In this document: positions 41,343 to 53,065 of the stretch, piece after piece
Position numbering within the stretch: position 1 is the stretch's first letter
Layout of the letters: each line of letters begins with the position of its first letter
NCBI GenBank assembly: GCA_028534125.1
Contig: CM052816.1
Location: 72,604,001 to 72,668,000, forward strand
DNA length: 64,000 nucleotides
Direction: 5' to 3'
Source: Lama glama
Taxonomy: Eukaryota
The notes under the pieces: generated by a model
Told to the model about the DNA's origin: nothing
Databases searched by the model: none
Seen by the model: only the letters and a program-made list of their open reading frames with translations
Made by a program: the position numbers and the translations under genes

Positions 41343-42489
41343 GATACGCCTTGTTTAAAGATAAAAAAATCATATTTTATAGAGAGGTTTTTTGATTTCA
41401 GAGATGGGTGATATAATTTGAAACAAAGATAAGGCCGTCATGATTTTTGTAATTTTTATGGTATAATAACATAACTAGCGTGTTATAAATGCAGCAGAAT
41501 TGTAATTTATGGCATAATTTGCTTTATGCAATTATGTCTATAAGGAAGGTTTAGACAAACAGAATAAATATGTACAGCATAGAAAGCTTTTTTGGTGGAA
41601 AAAGTAAAGGTCATTTAACTGACCGTGATCATGCTTAACTAGCCGTGATTAGGCTTAAATTAACAGCTGTAGTTTGTTAGGTCCTGGCTTTTACAACTGG
41701 GATTCCCAGTGCTTTCAGTTAGCTTTACCCAGCCAATTCACTCCATGCGGGCAGTTTATATTGCCAAACGTAACATGCCCCTTTTGTGGACAAATGATTC
41801 CAAAAATAATTCTTGGCCACAATGCAAAGTGTCACCTGGGTTCATTATGTCATCTTGGACAGTCTGGAAAAGGCACGTGAAAAGTCAAAAATATTCTCCC
41901 AAGAATACAAAACACGGAATTAGCCTCAGGACTCTTTTATTCATTCATATGTCAAAACAATTTTATTATGATAGAATAACAGCGCATTTTAGTTACCTCT
42001 CACTTAGTACTTTTAGAGGGGAGGTAATATTGAGGTAGTGTGACCAATCCTGGCTAAAAATTTTTTCATTCCCTTTTTCCAGTTTCAAAACAAATTTTTT
42101 TATTGTTTTTATTTCTGCTACTAATGACCATTTTCAAAAGAGACATGATTCTAGCTAATTCTTAACCCCATTCTCCTGATTCTCAGGGTCATTGGTTCTA
42201 ATCTCAATTAAATGGATCTGCCAATACAGGAATACTTTAGGATCCAATATATTTAGTGAGGATATTTTATATTTATACAGTAAAAGAATAATAATCAAGA
42301 ATTTGCTTTTATGGATCTAGGTAGAAATGTCCATACACTTTTTGTGCCCCTTTGCAGAAAAAAAAAGATGAACCCTTCTGAAGAGTTAAAAAGTATGAGA
42401 TTTTATCCCTGCAATTACAATGGATTTATCCACTAACAATTGGCTCAGTTACTAGAATAGCAAATCTTTTTAGGCACTGAATTTTTCCC

Positions 42490-42710
42490 AACAAAGTCTT
42501 ATGAAAATTTTCAAATATACAAAATGTTGAAATAATTTCACAGTGAACACTTATATATATTCATTACCTAGGTTCTTTAATTAACATTGTAGTACATTTT
42601 CTATGTGACGTATTTATTCTTCTATTCACATATCAGATTTTTTCTTTGGTACATTTTAAAGGAAGCTGCAGACTGCAGTCTTTTTTCTCCCAATATTTCA
42701 ATATGTATCA
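42490..42710 (-). mobile_element. L1M(C/E) 3' end fragment
   Basis: ttatgaaaattttcaaatatacaaaatgttgaaataatttcacagtgaacac. Confidence 0.6.
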
Positions 42711-44865
42711 GGTACTCTATTTTTAAGCTCTCGGTTTCGTACATATATTATGACATATAAAATGCTTTCTTTGGAATAATACAGTTTTATAGCAGACCAA
42801 GAATAAAAAGTGATCAGGTAACATAAATAATATTATGAGCATTAAGTAACCTTGAAAAGTTTAAAACAAATTTCAATAAAATGGTTTCATCATGATTATG
42901 TTTATCCAATTAATATCATATTTTCCTTTTAATGCCTCTAGCTTCTTTAACTATGAGTCATTTTATGATCAAATTAGTGAGACTATCCTTGGGTTGGAAA
43001 ACATTCCTAACTTTCTTCTTTTGGTCTTGATTCCTTCACCTCTTTGAAAAAGAAGTTGAATTGAATAGCTTTTCCAGGCTTGGAATTCCCTGATCCTCAT
43101 TCTCCTTCCAAATCATTGGGTACACTCTGTCATGATTTTTGAAAACAAATGATTTGGAGCTTCTTCAAACTACTGTTCTTTATGACTGTATTCCAGATGT
43201 ATGCAATTGGCGGTGGGGGGCAGGGCAAGAAATTGATTTTCTACTAATAAACATTTTATTTCTTGCTTATTAATATGTAATACATTTCTATTCACTAACT
43301 TTCTTTTGCAAAACTTCAAAAAAACTTTTACTACTTTTCTGTAGCTTGTGTTTTATCTGTAGTTTTCCTTTTATGATTTTTTTTCAAAGTAAGTGATTTA
43401 TTGAGAGCCATATGAAAGGGATTACAATTTAGAAAATAAAATGATAGTACTAATAAATGTTCTTGGTAAGTGGTCCCATGGCCTGTGTTATTCAAGTGTG
43501 ACCTTTAATGGTCTGCGAGTACATGTGTATTATGTAAAATAGTCAGTTATGTTATGAAGACATTAACTTGTTCAGTTTTTCTGTTGTTTGTTTTTAAAGC
43601 TCAACTGCAGGCAGTCTCTACCCACAGGGCCAACTTTTATTTCACCAAGTGAAGTAAAAAATCAAGTTTGAAAACGCAAGTTGAGTGGCATTTTATTGCG
43701 ACTTTATGCCATCAGTGTTCTAGTGTTTCTTACTGACTGTGACTGAAGTGTTCAAGAAGTTGCTCCTTTGCCTGTTCTCTATTCTGCTGTGGCAACCCGT
43801 GTGTTATTCTTTTTTCCTCTATACTTTTTGGGTTCCATAAATGTGATATACTTAAATAAAGGTATCTAAAATTTCACAAATAAACTGAGAATATTACGTA
43901 TACTTTGGCCATGAATGGTTTATGAAACCAGGGAGTGATAATACTTCTGAGAAATACTATATTTGGGATTATGTTATGACATTACTCTGGTTCACAAACA
44001 CTTGGGTAGTGGTAATCAAGAACGATAATACCTTCTCTGCCACTCAAACAAAGGGAATGTATGTTTTTTTTTTCATGACGTGTCCATTTTACCTAAAGTT
44101 GCATGTTGTATTCATAGATAAAAATAACACCTGAGAGACTATCTATCTTGACTGTGCAGCCTAAATTGGTGGTTCTCAGATTTTATTGCATAGATAGGGA
44201 ATTTACTTTTTCCTCAGAGTATATATATGATGCAAAGTAGACATATTAGTTTTTATTTTGACAGTGAGGGACTTAAAACTCTGTAATTAGTCATATTACA
44301 CTAGAAATACAGGAGACCATGATGAACAGTTGATGAAAAACTCTTGCTTCCCTAAGTCAGTGAAAAAACTCACCACGGCTGCTCCTGGTCCACAGAGGAG
44401 CATTTGGAGTGATAGCTCAGACTACAGCGAAACATCAAGGGGATGAGCAAGAACTTTTACACATCCTTTTCACATGATGTGAACTGATCATGTGCCATTG
44501 TATCTCAATTATTCTGGGAAAGAAATGACTCCTGTGTAACTTAGTAGAAGGCGACATTCCTGCTATTCAAATATGAAGGCTTCTAGTGACTTGGAATGAT
44601 AAATGGCTGATTTTGCAGGTTCTACATTTCAATGTCAGTTACCAAAAAGAAACCTGTCATCTAGAGAGGAAGAACAAGATGAAATCAGATTTACCAGAAT
44701 TATAGAATTGTATTCCTTCCTGCCTGTAGGCATGTTGTCTTATTCAGCATCAATATTCAGCATCAATTCTTAAGCATTTGACTTTGAGAATTATATTTGA
44801 AGTACAAGTGTAAGTAAATGATAGACCCTGTTTGTCATGTATATGCACATAGATATATGTACACG

Positions 44866-44868
<3 letters not shown>

Positions 44869-44904
<36 letters not shown>
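44869..44904 (+). repeat. (GT)n microsatellite running into a gap
   Basis: Seen directly; truncated by Ns. Confidence 0.97.
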
Positions 44905-45404
44905 NNNNNNNNNNNNNNNNNNNNNNNNNNNNNNNNNNNNNNNNNNNNNNNNNNNNNNNNNNNNNNNNNNNNNNNNNNNNNNNNNNNNNNNNNNNNNNNN
45001 NNNNNNNNNNNNNNNNNNNNNNNNNNNNNNNNNNNNNNNNNNNNNNNNNNNNNNNNNNNNNNNNNNNNNNNNNNNNNNNNNNNNNNNNNNNNNNNNNNNN
45101 NNNNNNNNNNNNNNNNNNNNNNNNNNNNNNNNNNNNNNNNNNNNNNNNNNNNNNNNNNNNNNNNNNNNNNNNNNNNNNNNNNNNNNNNNNNNNNNNNNNN
45201 NNNNNNNNNNNNNNNNNNNNNNNNNNNNNNNNNNNNNNNNNNNNNNNNNNNNNNNNNNNNNNNNNNNNNNNNNNNNNNNNNNNNNNNNNNNNNNNNNNNN
45301 NNNNNNNNNNNNNNNNNNNNNNNNNNNNNNNNNNNNNNNNNNNNNNNNNNNNNNNNNNNNNNNNNNNNNNNNNNNNNNNNNNNNNNNNNNNNNNNNNNNN
45401 NNNN
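44905..45404. other. Assembly gap (500 N)
   Basis: Run of N. Confidence 1.
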
Positions 45405-46149
45405 GAATTTTATGAATCATTAACATAAAACTTTTGTCTGTATCATTCCAAATTTTCTTCTTTTTGCTATAAATATGCCTTCTATGTAAATGAGACCAAA
45501 GAGATAATAATACACATAAATCAAAATAGTGGCCTAATAATGTATTAAAGTATTTTTCTGGTCTTTGTAATAAAGTAATACATTTCACAAAGACCCTGAG
45601 GTTAAGAATTAGATCAGTGCAATTTTGCATTTTAATTTTTCTTACATTGTATTGATATATTTTATAAACATATTGTTGATATACATTTTTGCACACCCAC
45701 TTAGGGTCTCCCAAATCTATAGATTTGGCTTCTTCTTTTCCTTTCTAATGGAAAGCATTTTGAATTCTCTGATTTTAGAGGTACAATTTTAACTTAGAGC
45801 TCTGTGTGTTTTTACCATTTCATATCTAATCAAGAACAGGTGCATCACCAATTAAATACATACTGCCTCACACTGTATGCAGGGGCTAAGTTTGCAGAGG
45901 GTGGTGGTGTGAGGTGTTAGGAAGATATGGCAATATGGCAAGCCTAGGGGAACTGGGCAGCCCACCTTGTCTTTGCACTTGCTGTAGGAGAAGGCGAATC
46001 CTCACTAACTGCACGTGCAGATCAGTGCTTGTCTGATACTAACACGTAACCCAGTACCTCGAATACCTACACACTGTTAGATCAAACATTTCCATGAGAA
46101 AAACCAAGGATAATATTTTGACCAGGAACCCGACAGCAGAAGAGGGAGA

Positions 46150-47463
46150 GCATGTTCTTCTTCATCATTTCAGAGCATCACAGGTTCCTGGCAAGAGGAA
46201 GCTCCTTCCTCCAGAACTGACTCATAGCTTCATCACCAGACCATTCACCTGCCTGAAACGTCATTCAGACTAGTGCCAGTATGCCCTGCATCCCAGTCTG
46301 CCTTTGTAAATGCAGGAAGCCTCAGATTTCCACATTTTCCCCATTCTCCTATGGTTCTGTACATCCACTACCCTGATTTCCTCCCAAGACCCTTTCCAGC
46401 CCCTACGCCCTCACACCGTCCATTGGGTCCTGTGGATCTAGAGGTTTTATCAACAAAGTCCCTCTGGCCTGTAGTTCATCTTTAAATATTCCGTTCACTT
46501 TTTTTTTTCTCAGATAGAAACCCAAGTCTCCTCTGAGGACACTATTTCCCCTGTAAACCGTCCAAATGGTGACTTCTCTCTTTCCATCTGTTCATCCTTG
46601 GGCCCTGTGAGTGGGAGAGGTGTGTTGATCCTTGTTATCAGTTACAGTCCATTTCCCTCTCTCTAGCCCATTGCTTACTTGACTCCTTCTACCCTCCATC
46701 TCCATTTCTAATCCATTGGCTCTATTTCAAAACAGATCTGGAGTTTGACCATTTCTGAACCATTTCGACCTTTACCATTCTGTTTCAAGCTACCATCATC
46801 TCCCACCTGGGTTATTGTACCACCTCATGAGGGTTTTTATTTTTTTTCCTACTCTTGCACCCTTTGGGCTTATTTTTCATAAAGCTGTCAGAATATTCCT
46901 TTGAAAACCTGTCAAATCTTGTCACTTCATGGCTCCAAACCTACAGTGGTTTCCAGTTCCACAAAGAGGCCCATAAAGTCCTACATTATCTGACTCCCCA
47001 ACAATTCCTGTAATCTCGTCTTCTATTGCACAGTCCCTTTTTACTTCCTTCTAGCCACACTGTCTCTCTGCTGTATCTAGAACTCTGCTAAGAATGCCCT
47101 TCATGGCTTTTGCACCAGCTTTTTTCACGTACTGGGATACTTTTTCACCAGATAAGTATCCCATCTTTTGAGTCTTTCCAATCTCTACTTGAGTTATGAG
47201 TACAAGGTCAAGTTATGAGCGGGATCTTCCTTGACTACCCTATATAAATCATGTGTTCTCCTCTGTTCTTTATCCATTCTCTGTTTTATTTTTCTTCATA
47301 GCACTTATCACAACTTCATATATTATATGTTTGTTTATCCCACTCCCCCTAGAATGAAAGCTCTGGGAGAAATGAGACTTTGTTTTACTTATTATTTTGT
47401 CATCTTCACATAGAACAAGTTTTAGGATTTTATAGATTTATATTCATCACTTGTTGAATGAAT
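46150..47463 (+). mobile_element. L2 element (endonuclease-region fragment joined to 3' part)
   Basis: gaaacccaagtctcctctgaggacac (EN-like), then tttcaagctaccatcatctcccacctgggttattg...ctagaatgaaagctctgggag...ttgttgaatgaat. Confidence 0.75.
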
Positions 47464-47689
47464 ATTTAAGTTACCTCATTACTCTTCTGAATTAGGGAAG
47501 ATGGATTCTTCACTTCAATCACTAGATACTTCTCCTACCTACAAAGAAAAACTGTCATTACCAAGTTCCAGTGAAGTAACAGGATAAGAAGAAAATGAAT
47601 GTGGGATAATAATATTATAATGGTTATCATTAAGGTTTCTTGTAAAGTTCATATTTAAGTCAAGAAAAGGGCATTATAGAATATATTTT

Positions 47690-48200
47690 TTAAAGCTTGG
47701 AATTTTAGAGATGCAGATGATCTTAGAGGAAATTAAGACATAAAGAGGCAAAGTGAATGTGTCCAAAATAATGGAACTAGTCAGTTGGCAGGCAGGGCTG
47801 CATCTCTGCCTCATTATTCTCCATTGGAGATTCATTCACGCAGCAGTGAATATTCACTGAGTATCTACTCAGGGTGTGCTGTGGTTAAGGAAACAGACAC
47901 AGATCTCCTCTGATGGATCCTACAGTAGCAAAGGACATAAATGTTAAAAAAAAATATTGAAGTTCAACACATACATTGTTGGGCTATGTACTCTGATGGA
48001 GGCAGCATCTAAAAAGTGATATATTTATGAGAGGGTACTGACCCAATCTGAAGGATAAAGTAAGTCTTCCCTGGTTAGGTGTAATAATGAAATGAATGGA
48101 CTTTGAGGAGAAGTTAGCAAGAGGAAGAGGAAGGGACTGTTTTTCTGGCAAAAAGATCAGACACTTGTTCCTGGAAGGAGCAGGAAGAAACAGTGCTGTC
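47690..48200 (-). mobile_element. MIR fragment followed by an L2 3' fragment
   Basis: gaggaaattaagacataaagaggcaaagtgaatgtgtccaa, then ttcattcacgcagcagtgaatattcactgagtatctac. Confidence 0.6.
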
Positions 48201-48527
48201 ACCTGATTGTACTAAGACGCAGATGACCTTTGATGATGCTAGACTCCCAATTCGGTATTATTATTGTTATATTGACTGCTTATTGAAGAATAATAGATAT
48301 TGAGAACTGTATAACCTTATACACAATTTAAGTATGAGCAAAATATTCTTTTGCCTGCACTTTCAATTTCAAGGAAGAGTTTGCCATTAGCTGAAAAGTT
48401 TCAACCTTTGTGCTTGTTTGTGTTGATGGACTTATTTTCACTTCCTTGCTCTTCCTTTCAAAGAGCCTTCTCCTGACAATCTAGCTCTTTGTAGCTCATC
48501 TTTTCTCATCCAGCTAGTTTCCTATTT

Positions 48528-48542
48528 TTATTGCTGACTCAT
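48528..48542 (-). promoter_or_regulatory. Consensus ARE / CNC-sMAF motif
   Basis: Minus strand ATGAGTCAGCAATAA equals RTGASTCAGCA plus an AT-rich flank. Motif match only. Confidence 0.35.
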
Positions 48543-49340
48543 CCAATCAGGCTTAATTGTCTCTCTCTCCAGCTGGCTCTATCCTTTTGGAGAAAAAAAT
48601 TCTGCTCCAGGTGCATTTTTTAAAATTAGGAAAATATGAGTGCCTAAATATGGACACAGCTAGAGTTTAATGTTGAATTCTGAAGTTACAGAAGATGATT
48701 AGCATCTTTCATCTTTCATCATAGTGACCAATAGATTTTGAACTGTCCTATCACCAGCTAACACATAGCCCTCACTGATAATTTTTTTTTGAAATTCCTT
48801 TTGCATGATTTTTATTTGTTGCTTGATTAGTTGTTTTCTTTTTAGAAATTTTAGATTAATTCAAAACTGACTCATACAAAAATTTTTTCCCCCAAAGGAA
48901 ACATGGTTTGAAATAAAAATGCAACTAAACTAAGAAATCAGAAGTTTTAGAATTAATGATAAATCACTTGAATATCCCCTCTGTTATCCATGAAAAACAA
49001 GATGTTCAAGTAGATTCATTGTTTACAATGATGTTAAACCTGCTTAAGATAAAGGCTTGTAAGTCCTATCATATGGAAGTCTTTGGATGAATGTTAAGAA
49101 AAATATGAAGTTAACACATATGTAATGTTTCTAAAATACTTTGTTTCATGTACTTGAATATAAGAAAATGACTGATTTTAATACACTCTTTTGGTCTTCC
49201 ACAATTGGTCCTAATTGGTGAATTACATTAAATGGTAAATTAAACATACTTTTTTTTCTACTCACCTTATTCAGATATTAATGTTTAATATATTAGATTA
49301 ACCTGCTCACAAAATTCCACTTATATTGTCCCAGAAAATA

Positions 49341-49470
49341 TATTTTGACTCATGTAGATCAAATCAATGATGCAGATTATTTGATATATTGTTTCATGGG
49401 GACCTATTTTGACTCATGTAGATCAAATCAATGATTCAGATTATTTGATATATTATGTTTTATGGGGACC
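49341..49470. repeat. 64-bp tandem duplication (2 copies)
   Basis: tattttgactcatgtagatcaaatcaatgat(g/t)cagattatttgatatatt..ggggacc starts at 49341 and again at 49405. Confidence 0.95.
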
Positions 49471-49654
49471 CAGTCTCTATATTTATGTGATATTCAGAAT
49501 GTTTCCAGAAAATGTCATTTACCAGATATTCAGTTTCCCCTTTAATGTATTCATATTGATCTAGCTATACAAATAATTCTTGCTCAGTTATTGTATACTA
49601 AATTTGATTTGGTGCTAAAGTTGATGGGGAAATAGAGGGAAAACTTACTTTAGT

Positions 49655-49785
49655 ATTTGTAGATGTTGTGCTAGCACTTCACATGCATTACATTAAATAA
49701 TCCACACAGTGACTGCAAAGGTAGATATTATTTATCTCTTTCACAGGTGAGGAAGCTCAGGTTCAGAGAAACCAAGAAACCTGAA
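49655..49785 (-). mobile_element. MIR SINE
   Basis: gtgctagcacttcacatgcatta...ggtagatattatttatctctttcacaggtgaggaagctcaggttcagaga. Confidence 0.75.
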
Positions 49786-50329
49786 CATTTTAGGGAATCC
49801 GTGAAAATATTCTTTAAAGGAAAAATGTTTGATGATATACATGTTGTGAGCTTCATAAGTATATTAATGCCACATTGGAGTCTCCACTTTTTATTCTTTA
49901 TAGCAATTCAGAACACCTTTCCCTGATAGTAAGAGTACTTACAGAGAAAGAGAATTTCATGCAGTGAGATAACGTGAGGTGAAATAAGGCAAACATGAGG
50001 AATCGGGGACTTCTATTTTCAGCGTTGTCACTATCTCATTAAATGAGCTCAGAAAAGCATTTAACCTTTCGAAGCCTGACTTTACACTTCTGGGAAAAAA
50101 AAAAGTGGAACAATTGCAAGATTTATCTAACAGGGGTTTTCTGAAGATTAAAGTGTGAGTTTCAAGTTCCTGGAATAAAGGTTGCTAGAAACAAGAGCTC
50201 TTTGAATAAATCATTATGATGAGCTCAAATGACCCTTAAAGTTTGGAGACCTTTTTCCTAGCCACAAAGGAAACAAGCACGTTTTGTACCCCTCCCAGCG
50301 TTTCTCCTAAATCCAGAATCATTGTTTGG

Positions 50330-50575
50330 ATTGAGAAGAAAATTGCTGAAAAGAGACTGATTTCTAGTCTACCTCTGTTTTTAACCTACTGTGTGATCTT
50401 GGTTAAGTCATTTAAATTTTCAGGCCTCAGTTTTCCCATTTGAGTAATCAGGAATTGATTGCCTGTTTCAACTTTAAATAACAGCAGTGTGTTTGTGTGT
50501 TTCAGTCTCCCAGACTGTCTATCCTTGGCATGTAATAGAAGCTCAGTAAATACTAGGTGGAATGAATGAATAAAT
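50330..50575 (+). mobile_element. MIR fragment plus an L2 terminal fragment
   Basis: ctgtgtgatcttggttaagtcatttaaattttcaggcctcagttttcccat, then gctcagtaaatactaggtggaatgaatgaataa. Confidence 0.7.
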
Positions 50576-50946
50576 GGGTCATTACACTGCTTCCATTTGC
50601 TTCATTACCTCAGGTGCTGTAGGTGTATCAGATAGAGAATCTACAAGGATACCTGTGAGAGAGCAGTACTATGAGGGGAATGCTTGAATGAATGTTTTTG
50701 CTCTTACTATGCTCACATAGGAGGATTGGGCTTCTGGAAATTTGCTGAAATTTACTCCGTCATCTAAATCACCTCTTGTATGTGTTTGTGTTTCTGACCC
50801 TAAACCTCTTTTGACTGCAAAACTGTGATTTACATAGTAGAGAACTGATCTTGGTACAATGATCATGCAGGTATGTATTGGTTCATTTCATTACATAATT
50901 TAGCCCCTTAATACTCTCCATATTTGTTTTCTGATACCAGTGAGGG

Positions 50947-51365
50947 TTTTTTTTAAACTTTTAATTTGAAATAATTTTAGATTTATAGGAAATTGTAAAG
51001 ATAGTGGATAGAGTTCCTGTATACCTTTCACCCAGATTCCCCTAATGTTAAAATTTTACACAATTAATGGTACATTCATTAAAAATAAGAAATTATATTT
51101 GGTGCATTGTATGTTGGTACAACATTGTTAACAAACTATAGAATCTATTTTGATGGCACCAGTTTTTCCACTTATGCCCTTTTCGTGTTCTAGGATTCCA
51201 GGATACCACATCCGATTTAGTTGTCATCTTTCCAAAGACATATATAATGTTTGTCAATCTTTCCTTGTTTTTATGACCTTGACACTTTGAGGAGTACTGG
51301 TAGCTATTTTGTAGATTTTATTCTTCCTGAAATTTTCTCACGATGAGACTTGAATTATGGCTTTT
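50947..51365 (-). mobile_element. L1MC-type 3' end
   Basis: ttttttaaacttttaatttgaaataattttagatttatagg...ccttcacccagattcccctaatgttaa...atgaccttgacactttgaggagtactgg. Confidence 0.8.
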
Positions 51366-51862
51366 TTTAAAAAGAAGAATATTACTGATTGCTTATAACA
51401 TGCCAAGAAATCTGCTAAGTGCATTACCTGCTTCATCTTTTTCATCTTTCTTTGATTACTGTATCATAATTTCCCATCTGTTTCTGCCTTCTCTGGTAGA
51501 GTGAGCCCCTGGGGAATGCACCAGGCCTTCCTTTTGTTGATCACCGATAATGAGCACAGTTTCTGGTGGATGGTAGGTCTGTATATCCTTTGTAGTGAAT
51601 GAATGAATAGACTCTGGAGCAGGCTGGTGTGGAGGGAGAATAATTATAGCCTTCTCAGAAAGTCCTTTTTTGAATTCAATTTCTATTCCTAGAAATTCAT
51701 CATGTGGATGAGAACTAGTACAACAACCAAGACTGGTTATTCCATAGTGAATATTTAAAATAAATTTCTCCTAAGTTTATTACATGCATTTTCTAAATTA
51801 ACCTTCACAAAATACCGTAAAGTAGGTTTTCTTCCTAATTTTACAAATGAAGAAATTAAAGC

Positions 51863-52267
51863 TGTGGCAGAATTTTTTGAAGCTGCTTCTACGGCTCACG
51901 ATATCATTTTGTTCATTCCACCTGAAGGGTGGGAAATGAAGTGTCAGGACTGAATTCTCACCAGTGGAATGCAAGCGAATATAACGTGCCTCATTTTTGT
52001 GCTTGGCCCATAAAACCTTCCCACACTTTCTCTGCCTCTTCCATTCTCCTTTCCTTTCTCTGGCTCGAGTCATGGTCACTGCTTGTTGAAGACAGTGGAA
52101 CCTCAAAATGGAAGGAGCCCGAGTCCCAGAATTTCTATGTGGAGCAGACACACTTAGTAATGAGGAACACACCCTTTGGACTTCAGTGAGAATGATTAAC
52201 TTCTATTTTGTTAAAAACCTAAGGTTTTTAATTTAGTGGTTACAACCGCTAGCATCACCCTAATGCA
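51863..52267 (+). mobile_element. MaLR (MLT1J-like) solo LTR inserted in an antisense MIR
   Basis: TGtggcag...aaatggaaggagcccgagtcccaga...aacttctattttgttaa...ccctaatgCA; MIR sequence continues on both sides. Confidence 0.75.
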
Positions 52268-52899
52268 GAGGTAAATAGTGGTTATTTAACTTGTTCGAAG
52301 CCACACATTTCTGTAAAATATGTGCAAGCAATCAAAGATCAGGTTTGATCTGACTGTATAGTTCATGTTCTCTTAACTTAGATGGTATTCCCTTACTAAG
52401 TGTGAATATGTGTTTTAATGTTTTTCAAGTTTTCTTTAGTTCTTAACAAGTATTTCTCTCATCAATGCTCTCACCTTTAGCTGCCATTAAAAGTTTAGTC
52501 ATTACAAATGGTACCAACTTTTCCACAGTGGTGTCTTTGTCTCAGGCATCTTCAAGATTAGGATGATTGCTGATTAGATGTGGGACATAGTACTTGGTGA
52601 TTAGAATCAGTGACATTTCTAGGCTTTTGACTGTGTATTGGAAGTACAGTTGATGTATCTTCATGGTGATACAGTGACTTACGTTATCTTGGTTAAAAGC
52701 TGAAGGAAAAATGGAGCTAGATAATGTATCTCAATCAACCATGTTTCTTTTTAATTTACTGAGGGAACCAAAGAATGTCATTTCTTTAACTTATCTCTCT
52801 TCTTTTTCCGGATTTTCAGGATAATGTAAAGATCATGGTTTTATTAATGTAAAAAATTTGAATTTTCTGGCATAGTTCCAACTCTATTGAACATATCAC

Positions 52900-53065
52900 T
52901 TTGAAAATTTTCTTTAAACATCTGAGAGAGTTTTATTTGTGAAATGAAAATAGTAAAATCTTACTAATAGGATTAATATGAGAAATAAATGAAGTCAACT
53001 AAGCGTAGAACCTAGCACATAGGAGCTAACTCAGTAAATGTTGTTAGTGTTTATTACAATTATTA
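52900..53065 (+). mobile_element. MIR 3' part
   Basis: tgtgaaatgaaaatagtaaaatcttac...agaacctagcacataggagctaactcagtaaatgtt. Confidence 0.65.

Noticed and set aside
44791..45714. Long ORFs of 185-307 aa
   Set aside because: Artefacts of the N gap and the (GT)n repeat.
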